From Phoronis australis (Eukaryota > Animalia > Phoronida): a stretch of 64,000 nt of DNA. This document shows positions 52,215-64,000 of this stretch, piece after piece (positions within the stretch are counted from its first letter, which is position 1; each line of letters begins with the position of its first letter). The stretch spans positions 120,216 to 184,215 of the forward strand of contig NMRA01000154.1 in NCBI GenBank assembly GCA_002633005.1, written 5' to 3'. The notes under the pieces are model-generated. The model did no database searches. It saw nothing but the letters and a program-made list of their open reading frames with translations, and was not told where the DNA came from. The position numbers and the translations under genes are program-made.

Positions 52215-52380
52215 AGGTTATATGGGACTCTGTTGTCTAGTCTGTATATTTACCCAAATAGTTCAGTAGTAGATTGTACCTCAGTAAAAGATTGTGTTTT
52301 TTGAGAGTAGAAAACCTGCATAATTTGAATGTTTGCTTTTAACCAATTTGCAATTAATTGGGTCACATGACCATATCTTT
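52215..52380 (+). mobile_element. Kolobok-like family copy (start)
   Basis: taa|ggttatatgggac start and ggtcacatgacc subterminal motif as in other copies. Confidence 0.45.
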
Positions 52381-53491
52381 TTCATAAAATTTATCCAAAA
52401 AGAAAATGTTCAAGATGAACTCTCAAAAATGCTGTTTTCAAAGTTATCAATTTTGTTTTTTGCAACTTTTGAGTTTTTACATAAAAAACACAGAAGTCTT
52501 ATTTTTGATAGCTTCTCATGCCAAAGTGGAACATTTTAAAAACAGTATTCCTAACAGCGTTTTGGAAGATTGTTCTTGAAGCATAAATATCTGAAAGTTT
52601 CGTGTGGACCCTTCCACAGTTTCTGAGGTATAATGTTCCGAGTTTTGCCACACTTGAATAGCCTTTAATTGTCAATGAGTAGGAATATGTGCAACTCAGG
52701 CGTAGTTTGAGTTCAGAAAAGTAGTGCCGGATACAGAACTTTGTTGCCACTGACAACAGAATCCTCATTTGTGGGAAAAATATCTGCTACATGTGTCACC
52801 CTGTTGGAATGCTCAATTATGATTGGACTGTTGCAGTTTTAGATGGAGCCTCGTTTTAATTTACACGAATCAGCATCATTTGCATATGACATGCTCCAGT
52901 TGAATCCTGCTCTGTGTCGACTCCTTTTTGTGTGTTTTGTGTGAATAATCACAGAATTCATTCTTGCCCCTTTGATGTACTTGTTAATTTGTGTCACCTT
53001 TCTGTCTTGTTACAAAGCTTCAACTAACAGCTTTTGAAAAAAACTCGAAGTGCAACACACTCTAAGTCTTTGCATGTTCAAACACTCCTATCCAGATTGT
53101 CTTGTCTTCAGTTGATATCAACAAGTCACTTGCTGCTTTGCCTGTGATGTGGAATTCTGGGAATTTTAACATCACACACACAGGGTACCGAGCCACTGTG
53201 TTTTATAACAGCACCATCTGGTGCTGTCAGAGCTGCAGTGTCTGTGTAACAAATAACTTTTTCAATTAGATTGTGAAGTGTCGAGGCGTTGAGAAAATGG
53301 TTGCGGCCTGCAATGTACACATTTTTCTTTCCAAAGCACAGTGTTACCGATGGATATAACACTTGTGACTTTGTCTCCGAATATTTCACCTTTGCTGGGT
53401 TGTCGTTTGCTTGAAACGTCTTGATTTTCTGAGTGATCAAGCTCTCGTCTTCATCGTAACCTTCTTTAAAAACAAGATGAAGAGAATATTA

Positions 53492-54016
53492 GGTTATGTA
53501 GGACCCTAGAAAAAGTCCAACTTCAGGACATCATATCTCAAAAATGGCCGATTCAACGCGTTTGGAATTGATGCCATGCTTTTTGAACTGTTTTCTGAAA
53601 CACTCGTAGGAATTTCTTTTTATTAAGTGTTCCACTTCTGCGAGAGGGGCTATCGTAATAGAACTTTTATGATTTCGTGAAAAAGACTCAAAATTTGAAT
53701 AAACGAAACCTTTATGATTCATAATTTTGAAAACTTTGACGGCATTTTTGAGATTTCATCTTAAAAAACGTTTATTTCAAATGAAATTTTGTCAATGAAT
53801 GCTATTGATACTGTTAGTTTGCTTTTGATGTACCTTTAAGTTTCTTTTTTTGCTAAATTCAACTCGCTGGATGCGGTCACGTTGCACAAGTAATGACAGA
53901 ATGTTAAAAAATCAAGCGTCACATTCCACTCTGGCTTTCTACTTTAGCCAAATGTCTACCAAATTCGGTAAAAGTGAAAGTAGAATGCAGATATTTTGAT
54001 AAGGTCCTACATAACC
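53492..54016. mobile_element. Kolobok-like non-autonomous element
   Basis: TIR ggttatgtaggacc / ggtcctacataacc, followed by TTAA (left flank ATTA). Confidence 0.75.
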
Positions 54017-54695
54017 TTAAATGAAATTTCGGCTGTAATCTAAACACTGTTCATCAGATGACTGTATTTATGGGCTATGTTTAAATTCCAATGCTATGCT
54101 GAACATGTGACTAATGTTTTTGCCATTTCAGCCCATTTGAGGGGTCTGTGACCAGCAGCTAGGTTTTAGGTTCCACTAAATGTTTGAGTGTATCAGTTGG
54201 CTGACGACGAAGTATCGTTTTAGTAATTGTTTTCCTCGTTATTTCAGTGAAGTGCCAAACCTTGTTTGCGCTGTTAATTATAATTGGATTTATTACTCAG
54301 CTGCAAGCAAATTCGAGCATTAAAATTCATTAAAAGATACCATACCCAGTGTTGGTGATTTCGCCTTAAATTTGTATAACCACCTGCTATTGTGCCTCGT
54401 AGTTTCCTGCAGAGTAAAGCGTTGTTTGGCTAAAACCATTTCTCATAGTGTCACTCCTTAATGCCTGCTGACTTAGCAGACTTTTTTTGAAGTTACCAAA
54501 TTTATTCTAAATTTTTTGTGGTTTGGCAAGGGTTACACGGTATTTTTCTGTCTTAGTTAACGTGTTAAAAAAGGGTTTAGTATCAGAGATTTGAGCCTTG
54601 TGGGTAATGTAAAGGAGAACGAGAACTAAAGTGACTATAGACTCGTAAAGTGATGTGATCTACCTTCGCTGTATCACGTGACTCGATCACTTCAG

Positions 54696-54891
54696 GAAAT
54701 GCCAATGCCTGGTTTGGGCCGGAGGATACTGATCAGTCCGGACATACTGCAGGAGGCCGATAGATCCTCGAGCGACAAGACAGAGTTGCCAAAGCAGGTG
54801 GCAGAGCTGAGTGGAGATACAGCGCCATCTAGTGGCAGTTACAAGAGTCCATACCATAACTTGAAGAGCAAGTTTAGGAACATTATAGGTG
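54696..54891 (+). CDS. MYO9: Myo9 tail exon (EMPMPGLGRRIL...KFRNIIG)
   Basis: cttcag / gtaagt; phase 0 to 1. Confidence 0.8.
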
Positions 54892-54927
54892 GTAAGTATA
54901 ACTACTAGGCACTACGCATATCATATC

Positions 54928-55756
54928 CAGGGCTGCAGACTACGACTCAAGTAACAATACATATCAAAATTGCGACTAAATGCTGATAGCAAAAGTACCA
55001 TTTTTATTGGCCAACTCAGGTACAACAAGTATGTCGGTACCTGGGCAAAAGGTATCTCAGGTTTTCATGAAGCCTTATCTTGTCATGTGTTTGCCCAGCT
55101 AGGAGAAAGTACGTAACAGTTTGTTAGATTACCCAGTTTCTGGGACATCTAAGGCTGTGGCACCTTTCCCAATAATCGCCAGTTTCACTAGGGTACACAT
55201 TTCATGTGTTCGGGAGGGAAGATTCGAGTCTTTCTTTTTGCGTACTACGTTTTGCGTTTGAAATGACAAAATTTAATGCTTTATTTTTTGCTTAATTTTC
55301 GCATTGTTAAAATATGACGTAACATCCAACATCTTCACTATCGTGGTGATTGTGTATCTGTAACATCCTGGTACTTTCAAAGTTTCAGGAATACACATCA
55401 TAGTTCAATATGTAAATCCTGATCGAAAAAATATCAACACTTTACACTTTCAGGGTGGTGGGGAGGTCAGGAATAGTGTACGTTTTGTACGCTCTTGAAA
55501 GTGGGAATAATGGGTGTGTTGACGGCCACTAGGTGGCGTACTAATGATTAAAGGTTCCACATTTTAATATCTGAGCAGATTGAGAGCATCAGCACAGGAG
55601 GTTGAGTCACTTGATTTATCTGAATACAAGCATTTCTATGGCGATATCTCTTGCTTCATTTGCAACACCTAGCGAATTTCAAGGATGCCACAATATAATT
55701 TGCTAAGTATCGATGTTGAATTTTATCGGTTACTTAGGTACAGATGTGCAGCCCTA
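54928..55756. mobile_element. Degenerate hAT-like MITE (CAGGGCTGCA...TGCAGCCCTA)
   Basis: 10-bp terminal IR; flanks atcatatc / gtgatgtc only partly match. Confidence 0.4.
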
Positions 55757-57046
55757 GTGATGTCTGATTGGTATTGCCATCTGGTGGTCTGATTTTTTGC
55801 AGTATGACATCTAATTTCCAGAGTGTTAAAATGTGCTATAGTGTTATGCATGCTACTTTTGTCATTTGTTGTGTTGTTGCGATAGTGTTGTATTCAACAG
55901 ATATTTTCTTTTGTGGACTTACAGTCTTGTTAGTTGGCAACACAAAGTACAATGAGTCATGAAGATGATACTTTCTTGATGCAGCAGTTTCATCATGGAA
56001 CAACTAATGCCCTCTATAGTGCTTCATGTTTATTAGGTTTTGTTGTGTGCACTACTTCAGCAGAAGTCGTACTACGTTTTCATCTAAATCACGTGTAACT
56101 GTGTTCTCTTCACTTGATATTCCAAAAGAAACCCTAAGCCAGGTTTAAAAGTCTAGCGTTGTTTTCAAAAATGTGATTTGTCTGCCCTCCTTGTTATGGA
56201 GAACTGAAACATTATTACAATTGTTACTTAAAAAATGATTGTGACATGCTAAGCATGTGTTCATGAATTCTACGTTTCTGTGAATTGCCATGATGGAAGG
56301 TTATTTTTACAAAAACACATTTTTGAACAAAACTGATTTGAAACTTAATAACCTTTTACAAAGCCTTCAACTTATCAGCAGCCTTGCGCCAGCCATCCAA
56401 GCGTCCATCACGTATGTCTGTGCCCTTTACCTTTTGCCTATATCTGTGCATTAACCATGCATTACATTGAATGTCTGCTTGGAAAGACTGTCGTGAAAAT
56501 GAACAATGATTCGAGGTCAACGGTGTTGACTAGACAAGGTGGATGGACACGTTCTGTTAGTGTTTAGGGAAAAGAAAGTGGTCAACAGGAAACAATGGTA
56601 TGATATTTGAGTGAAAACACACCCATTGGCTGATCAACATTACGCCATGTATGTATGGGTCACGTAGTTGATCAGTTTTCCGGCCATAATGTTGGAAACT
56701 AAACATCAAGCTTGTCATCCCGTTATAGAAGTTTTATACAAGTACCCGACCCATACACCTGGGAAATACTGAGTTGGGAGATCCATGCTGTTCTCATGTC
56801 ACAATGAACAATGGAATGCAGTAAAAGTGTTTATAGAAACAGTTGATTAAGTGTTTCCTCACAGACATAGACATGGAGCAGGCGACTGCCAGGAAGGCTC
56901 TGTTATGTGCAGTTTGTTTGGACGCATATGCAGATTCTTACTTAAAAGCAGCTTTTCATGGACATGTATTTGGACTGATATGATATACGACAAATGACAA
57001 AGTTGTGCATGCTTTACTTGAGGCGTAATATTTCTATTTTCAACAG

Positions 57047-57109
57047 CAAGCTGTGCTGCGCTTTGCAGAGGGGGAGGGTCATTTACACGAATTGTCGATA
57101 GGGGGACTG
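57047..57109 (+). CDS. Candidate 63-nt cassette exon (SCAALCRGGGSFTRIVDRGT)
   Basis: ttttcaacag acceptor, weaker donor gtgaac, phase 1-1, open frame, TGCATG upstream. Confidence 0.35.
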
Positions 57110-58222
57110 GTGAACACAATTCCTCCCATGTACTTTTGTTTTCTTTTGCAATTTTTTCACCACCCCATGTGTGTTTTACCACTGTCGTCTGTATATTCCC
57201 TGTCATCTTCTAGTCACCGCTGTCTGTTGGCCTTTTATCGCTACTGCTTCAGGTATTTGTATAATTATCCTGGCTCAACAATCTTCTTTCACTTGCTTTC
57301 GAATGGAAAATTTACAGTTTTGCATATGTTTGCATTCGAAGCTCCACTCTCCGAGTAAATGCTGAGATTTTGTGATGACTGAAAAAAGACAAATGCTTCA
57401 AAAATGTCTTTCTTTCAATATTTTTTAGGATCAAAATTGGGTTTTTTATTTTAGAAATAACGGTTATCTTGTCTAGTTACCAACCACTTGCTCATAGCCT
57501 TATAGTTATTGGTGGTATCTACATGGAAATTGATTATCACAAAAACATTGGATTGCTAGGGGGTGGAGCTTCTCTTGATTGACACTAAGGCTCAATTGCA
57601 AGAAGATTGTTTTGAACCACCCCTTTGTCAGTCTGCATGATTCAGGCATTGTGCATTTTTTTCACCTTGAGCAAGCTTACCTTCAAGACATTTTGCAAAA
57701 TTTGCCGCACACCAGCGATGGTTGAAACAATTTGCTTCTTTTATGGCATTCCTTCATTGAGAAATGGATGAGTTGTGTTTAAATGTTAGACTTTTAAAAT
57801 TAAATAGACCTTTTTCATGACAGTTCACTTGACACTTCCCTGCTACTTGGTCAGCACCTGACTTACCATTATAGTTAGAGAAACAATTAACTTACTACTA
57901 ATTGCAAAATCCTTTGCGAGGTTTGTTAAAAGTTCCATTATGTTTGTTCATCTATAACTGAACTGAGTTTTAAAATGTAGAATTGATTTTTCTTCAAATA
58001 TACTTTTGTGTGCTAAACTAGCCTTTTTTTTGACAGAACTTGTTTCAGTAGTGAGCTGGCTAATTGATTTTTGTGGTTGCCCAGTAAAATAACAAAACAT
58101 TATTAGTGAAAGTACTCCAGGCGCACTGACACATGGTGATATTGAATGGCATTGATTTTGGTGATTGTGCAGAAAAATGAAAAATGATTACTGTGCTTAC
58201 GTTGTTGATCTGTTTCTGATAG

Positions 58223-58312
58223 CCAGGGCCCCAGAGCCCTCTAGTGGTGGCGGGGTTAAACCTAAAAGCAGCAGCAAGAACTCTGTGTGGTCAACTGGGA
58301 AATTGCGAGTTC
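58223..58312 (+). CDS. MYO9: Probable (possibly alternative) 90-nt tail exon (RAPEPSSGGGVKPKSSSKNSVWSTGKLRV)
   Basis: tgatag / gtgagt; phase 1-1; open frame. Confidence 0.6.
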
Positions 58313-58339
58313 GTGAGTAAAAGCATGAGGGAAGCACGG

Positions 58340-58643
58340 CATGAGATGGCAGCACTAGTCATACATGGACACAACAGATCATATCATGAGATGGCAGCAC
58401 TAGTCATGCATGGACACCACAGATCATGTCATGAGGTGGCAGCACTAGTCATCCATAGACATAACAGATCATATGAGAAGCCATATGTAGACACCACACG
58501 TCATGTCACGAGATGGCAGCATTAGTCTTACATGGACACCGCAGATCATATCATGAGATGGCCGCACTGGTCATGCATGGACATCACAGATCAAATCACA
58601 AGATGGCAGCACTAATCATATATGGACACTATAGATCATATCA
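58340..58643. repeat. 45-bp minisatellite x~6.5, starting 28 bp after an exon donor
   Basis: catgagatggcagcactagtcat..atggacac.acagatcatat at 58340, 58385, 58430, ... Confidence 0.95.
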
Positions 58644-59693
58644 AAGCTTCAAATATTGTCCTTGTTAAGAGCTTCTTGATGTTGGGTTCTATTCACGAGA
58701 ATTCTCTGATGAAAGCTATTTCTTTGTAAAGACACTAAGTGATGGACATGCTGTACAATCCTGACTTAATGTTTGAACAGGGAGACTAAATGAATGATGT
58801 TCTGAAAAAATTTGGGAAACAACATAAAATGACAGACCTGCTTGCTGGACCCACTTACAAACCATATTTAGTTATACCCGCATGAGTTTCTAGTCAGACC
58901 TCCGTACTACTGTAGCCCGTTTATGTAGCACTTAAACACTTGTGTCAGTTGAATAAACGTAAGAGTCGTAGTAAACCATTGCGACATCCTGCAGGTCACT
59001 AGCTGAATGTTTAATATGCATGTTGTGAAACTGGGAGTGGATCCAGACGGGGGTGCCGACCCCCTGTTTTGCCGGTTGCACTTGGAGTAGTCTTAATCAC
59101 CCTCTGTGGTTGTTGGTTGGCTCTGTCTGCCCAAGTATGTAGCGTGTGTAGTGGAAGTGGCCCAAAGATCGGACATCAATTTTTTTTCTAGCAATATTCG
59201 ATTATTGATTATTGATTGTTAATTGAGGTTTTTAGACATCATTATATTCTGTTGTTTTGCATGGCATTTTCCATTTTTGTTATATGCTCTTTATAGTCTT
59301 AAAATGACTTTTACTTTTTACTTGCTGTTTTATAAACATTTTCGCTTGATTTGCATTGTAAAACTTCGAGGAAGAACAACTTTTTGATGGATTTGTGCAT
59401 GTAGAACACAACATTGCCGCCCCGCAAATTTTATCAACAAACAAAAGATTTTACTGTCACTTGTTAAGTAGCCAGCCTTAGAAGACTGATAAATGACACT
59501 CTGTGGGAAAGAACTGAAGTGAACATTAAGTTTGACCTTGACCTTAAAGGCCGTACTTCATCTTCTTTGTTTAACTATTGATTCCATAAATTGCGAAACC
59601 TAGCATTTTATTGTACTGTGTGTTGGTATCTTTTAGATTCCAATAGCAACAAGTTAATGTTAACATGTCATGGCTCATCTCTGGTGTTTTCAG

Positions 59694-59774
59694 GTAAGAA
59701 ATCTCGTGACAATGCAGCTGATGACAGCGAGCCCTCAGACAGTGAACAGACGTTACCTAGGAGACCCTCAGATT
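59694..59774 (+). CDS. MYO9: Myo9 tail exon (KKSRDNAADDSEPSDSEQTLPRRPSD)
   Basis: tttcag / gtaagt; phase 1-1. Confidence 0.78.
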
Positions 59775-60048
59775 GTAAGTCTTTCTTGTTGTATTGCGTT
59801 ATGACCAGCGCAACCATTTATCTAGTCTTGTTAGCTGATTCATTACTTTCAACAACGTTGTCAAATGGTCCTAAGTTGAGCATGTCGGTAACTCTATTCA
59901 GCATCAAGAATAGTTTCCATAAAACAGTAACTTTCAACAAACTGTATTTTGGTGAGAATCCTGTCTAGAATCCTGACACACCTAGTGCCTGGTTTCTTTT
60001 TTCATCATAACGTTGGCGAAGCCTACAATTAATTATGATAATTTGCAG

Positions 60049-60209
60049 TGTCCATTGGCGCCACCGTTGCCCACAGTCGATCGTGGACGGCGCTGTCTCC
60101 CAGAAGCCCCGGCACTCACATGCCTGGTAAGGTAAAAGAAGCGTGGGTAGGTGATCCCGTGTCAAGTGAGGGGAAAGTTAAGAAGAAAGTGCGCAGGGGT
60201 AGTAAACAG
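60049..60209 (+). CDS. MYO9: Myo9 tail exon (SIGATVAHSRSW...KKKVRRGSKQ)
   Basis: ttgcag / gtgaga; phase 1 to 0. Confidence 0.78.
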
Positions 60210-61261
60210 GTGAGAGGACAAACCTATACGGTAACACTTTCACAGTTTGTTAAGCCTGCCGCATACTGAGTATCGTGGCTCTCCTTGACTCCTTCATATT
60301 GTCACCAACTCCTCTTTGCTGACAACAGAATAGGACACTCTACACGACTTGACTTGACTGTTTTAATATGATGCTCTGCAATAGTCGCACATTATGAATA
60401 CTCAAGTATTATAGGACGGCGCAACAGCGTTGTTGGAATTGAGCTTGGATGAGTCACAAACTATTGCAAAGTATGTGGCGCCACTGATCTCAACAGAACT
60501 AACATTACAACTAAGTGCCATCACAAAGCTGATGTGTTATAGTATTGTTAGCACAAGATGAGTTAAGTTGAGTCGCGTCGAGTCACAAAACACGGCACAA
60601 TACATGGTGCGAGTGATCTCAACTCAAATAATATTACAACAGCATGTAACTTTAGTACTGGTGTTGGTTGTTGCGGCATCAGTTGGTCTGAGACGATATA
60701 CAAATCATTTGCACATCAAATGACTAATTATCTCAACAGTTGGGTGGAGTGTGGGGCTATATTCAGTTATCAATATTTCTTAGCCTGTTCTTAAAGCTAC
60801 AATCATGAGTGTGAGATCTGGGCTTGAATAGAACCGTCAATTTCTTCTGACCAAGCTCACAAAACTTCAGGTCACGGTGTCACCTAAAATTGTATGAGCT
60901 TGGTCTGACAAAATAGCCAACTGATCTATCAATTCTTCCTGCCCAGAGATCACTTGTAAACTAGTTAATAAGGTACAAGTCAGACAAAATCTAACATCGT
61001 AATAGTAATTAGGCTAACTGAAGCCTTTTTGACGGAAAGCTCTGGTTTGATGACGTTTTAAGGTTCCTCAGCTGGCCAACAGCGCCCTGTATAAAACGTT
61101 TTTCTGCAATTTTATCTCTTCCCAGATTTCCTAGGTTTGATTTCTTCGGTGACACTTGAGTATGCATTTGCCAACTGTGCACTGTCTTTAACAAATATTT
61201 ACTGTAGATTAAGTCAAGACATATCCGTTTATGTATGCTACTCACTTGCCATCTGTTGTAG

Positions 61262-61276
61262 GCCAGTCCTCTACTG
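61262..61276 (+). CDS. Candidate 15-nt microexon (ASPLL)
   Basis: ttgtag|GCCAGTCCTCTACTG|gtaagt; phase 0-0 within a phase-0 intron; TGC and CTCAC upstream. Confidence 0.55.
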
Positions 61277-62664
61277 GTAAGTTGATGGTCAACTTTTATT
61301 TTTGCTGTTTGTTCTGTTTTAGCTTGCTCTGTTTAGATCGTGTAGTGTCTTTATTCATCTGTTTCTCCAGTGACACGTTTGTAGGGGAGGGATAGTGGCT
61401 AGGCTACGCTGTCTCGAGTATTGTACACTAGATGAATTGATTGTCACATGTAGTTGATATTTTATCTTGGTTTCTGTTTTGTGTACTGTTGCATATACAT
61501 TGGATTTGAATTTCACAGTTCAGGATGTACAGTACCGTACTTCACTGTACTGTATTGTATTCTTTTGTGCATTTCAGTACAATGTTGTATCTAGTACTGT
61601 GGGCTTAGCAGCTCAGTGCAGTCATTTGGAAGTCACTGCATTGTACTGTTCTGTACTGTACTATACTGCACTGAATGGTGCAAGCAGTTCTCAGCAGTTC
61701 CCGTAATTCAACCATGTAGTTTGCAAGGCTGTAGAGCTTGTTGTCTTGCACAACTCTCTTGAACTTCAAGACTGGCGCTGTTCAGTGTTTTCTATAGCTT
61801 AGCCTTGGTGTTGGCTAGCCAGGTGCTGGTCATTGTTTGCTGAGTTTATAGTCGGGTGTTCTGTTGCTGTGGTTTGGGTTTGGTGTTTTTGTGTGTGCAA
61901 GCTGGTGCAAGTGTTGAGTAGTCACTGGTTAACAGTCTTCAAGCTCTGGCTTTGTGCGATCTAATGAAATGTTATTTTGGAAGGGCTTACATTTGGTGAT
62001 TTGGAATTGGTGAAATAAAATAAATAATTGTCATTTGTTTTTAACAGCCGCTCACACTATTTGTCTGTGGGTTTCTCACTGTCAGCCATTGTACATGTGC
62101 TAGTCTAGCAGCAAATAATGTTAAATTTGCTGCTTTGCATCTAATAAGTGAAAATATAATCCTTTTCGTTAAATGTATTATTAGTAATACTTGTCAAAGA
62201 ATGTAAAACATCCATATACTCTAGTTTTCAAAGTAAACTAATTAAACAATATCAGAATCAAAATTTTAAGAAAATTCAACGCTCAAAATCACGACTTAAT
62301 ACCCATTTCTTTTCAGCTATAATCTGCTTCAATTCTGCCTAATTCTCAACAAAATTTCAACAGGAGCCACCCCCACACAATCTGAAAGTTGTCACAATTT
62401 GCCTCACAAGTCCAGTCACAAATAAATGATTAGTGCTTAAATGCACAATAGTCTCATATCAAATCTAGCTATAGTTAGACAAATACTCTGATCTGTTTTA
62501 TGAAAAACAAAAGTTCATCTGATCTGCCAAATTGCTGCGGAATTAAATTAATTCAAGTGTGACAGAGTCTGGTGAAAAGTTATGTCTATATTTTCTTTGT
62601 GAAAACTACTGTAATTTGGTGTGACAGGAATAATTAGGGGTCACCAGTTGGTGTTGTCCTATCT

Positions 62665-62852
62665 CTGTGTGCAGTTATGACATGTGTACAGTTATACCAC
62701 AAATACTGTTGTGACGTGTGCAGTTTTGACATGTCTACAGCTCTAATGTGTACAGTAAGTAATGACATGTGTGCAGTAACTGTTATGACATGTGTACCAT
62801 GGTGACCTGTGTACAGTTGTGAGGTGTGACCAGTTATGACATGTTCACAGTT
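62665..62852. repeat. Degenerate ~19-bp minisatellite (gttatgacatgtgtacag)
   Basis: Recurrent tgacatgtgt(a/g)cag. Confidence 0.75.
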
Positions 62853-62937
62853 TAGGGAATGCTAAGCATTTGTTATGATGCACTGAAGAACTTTATGTTG
62901 TTGGCCCTGGGTAGAAATGTGAAATTGTGTTTTTCAG

Positions 62938-63078
62938 ATAAAAAGAAAAGGAACGGACGAGAAAGAGAAGGCAACCAATTGGAACATCACAGGCACATCA
63001 CAGTGGCAGTATCCCGCTGAGTTAGTGCTTAGTGATGTTAATGAACTGTACGAGATGTGCACCTTCATATACAATAAG
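62938..63078 (+). CDS. MYO9: Myo9 tail exon preceding the C1 region (WQYPAELVLSDVNELYEMCTFIYNK)
   Basis: tttcag / gtaaac; resembles the conserved pre-C1 segment of class IX myosins. Confidence 0.82.
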
Positions 63079-63267
63079 GTAAACACTAGTTTAATTGTGA
63101 AATGTTGCACAATAAGGTAAAACGGAGCCAAAGTTTTGAGAAACTTTGTACACTTATTGAAATAGGGCAAACATTTTGAGATAAAGATACTGTTTTCTAT
63201 ACTTTTTCCCCATTGTGTCATCAATAAAAAATATTTCTAAGAAACGTGGGTCTGTGTAAAGTGTGGT

Positions 63268-63408
63268 GGTCACATGTCCATGTATGTCTGCCCCTCAGTT
63301 TGATGGTTACAGGTCCATGTATGTCTGCCCCCACTTTGATGGTTACAGGTCCATGTATGCCTGCCCCTCAGTTTGATGGTCACAGGTCCATGTATGTCTG
63401 TCCCTCAG
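63268..63408. repeat. 37-bp minisatellite x~4
   Basis: tccatgtatgtctgcccctcagtttgatggttacagg at 63277, 63314, 63350, 63387. Confidence 0.95.
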
Positions 63409-64000
63409 CATCAGTGATAATGCTGGTAGTGTTCAGAAATATGTAGTTTCAACCTCCACAATTTAGATTTATGTTATTGTAATGAACACTTCAACTGTGA
63501 AGTCGGCTTCTCTGTGACATACGCATTTTCGCTCTTGACGACACACATTCACAGCTAAATGCCAGGATGTAGGCCCATTAATCAAACCAGTATATAGTGT
63601 TACGTAACATATGTATAGACTAGATTTTCAGTTCTGTACAGCCTGTAAACTAAAGATGGCATTTAATTGGAATGTGCTTTTGTGATGAAATTGAACTCGT
63701 TATTTTAGTTTGTGTTAAAATCGATTTATATTTTAAAAATGTGTATTGCTGTGAAAGAGCATAATTAAAATTTTTTTTTTTTTGATCAATATTATTTGCA
63801 GAAAACTCAGTTTGAAAAGGGTCTGGGCGAGCAGCTCTCCACATTTGAAAAGATCTTCCGTAGTTCTCTGGCAGAGTTCCACAAGACACTCATTTCACAG
63901 ACATCGTTAGCTATGCAGGTTGGTCTATGAACTTTTTACAGATGGACGCATATGTCGTATTACAGTGGATGGCGTGGTGTTGGCGGGAAGAGCATGATAC

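Larger units (their letters stand above)
17497..63078 (+). other. MYO9: Unconventional myosin class IX gene, spliced, 3'-truncated by the window end
   Basis: Chain of GT-AG exons with matching phases encoding an RA-like N-terminal extension, myosin motor motifs, the loop-2 insert (DPVAVLRW...KNKSFRPK) typical of class IX, and 4 IQ motifs. Confidence 0.95.

Noticed and set aside
58244-58525. 93-aa ORF with HEMAALV repeats
   Set aside because: By-product of the 45-bp intronic minisatellite, in a different frame from the spliced exon
63405-63420. Acceptor at the end of the 37-bp array (ccctcag|catcagtga)
   Set aside because: Stop in the required frame after two codons, so it is not counted among junction-anchored arrays
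63942-64000. Possible next Myo9 exon after tttacag
   Set aside because: Open but does not resemble the expected Myo9 continuation; truncated by the window

Overview
Eukaryotic (animal, most likely marine invertebrate) genomic DNA, with no prokaryotic features. The window holds the 5' part of one large, intron-rich gene on the + strand encoding an unconventional class IX myosin (Myo9). I spliced about 30 GT-AG coding exons by hand with consistent phases, from the ATG at 17690 to 63078. They give an N-terminal RA/ubiquitin-like extension, the motor domain ([24 protein letters not shown]), the Myo9-specific loop-2 insertion, four IQ motifs and a low-complexity tail. The C1 and RhoGAP exons must lie beyond the window. 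Introns are full of non-autonomous elements: Kolobok-like, hAT-like and CMC-like MITEs, tRNA-SINEs and a Helentron/HINE-like satellite carrier. The most notable unexplained patterns are: (1) minisatellites whose unit contains the exon's own splice site, at several independent junctions; (2) a mobile array of 11 co-oriented CTCF-like motifs at about 145-bp spacing; (3) a foldback made of two mirrored tRNA 3' halves hinged on an anticodon loop; (4) a candidate 15-nt microexon and other frame-preserving cassette exons. All exon calls are manual and lack transcript support.
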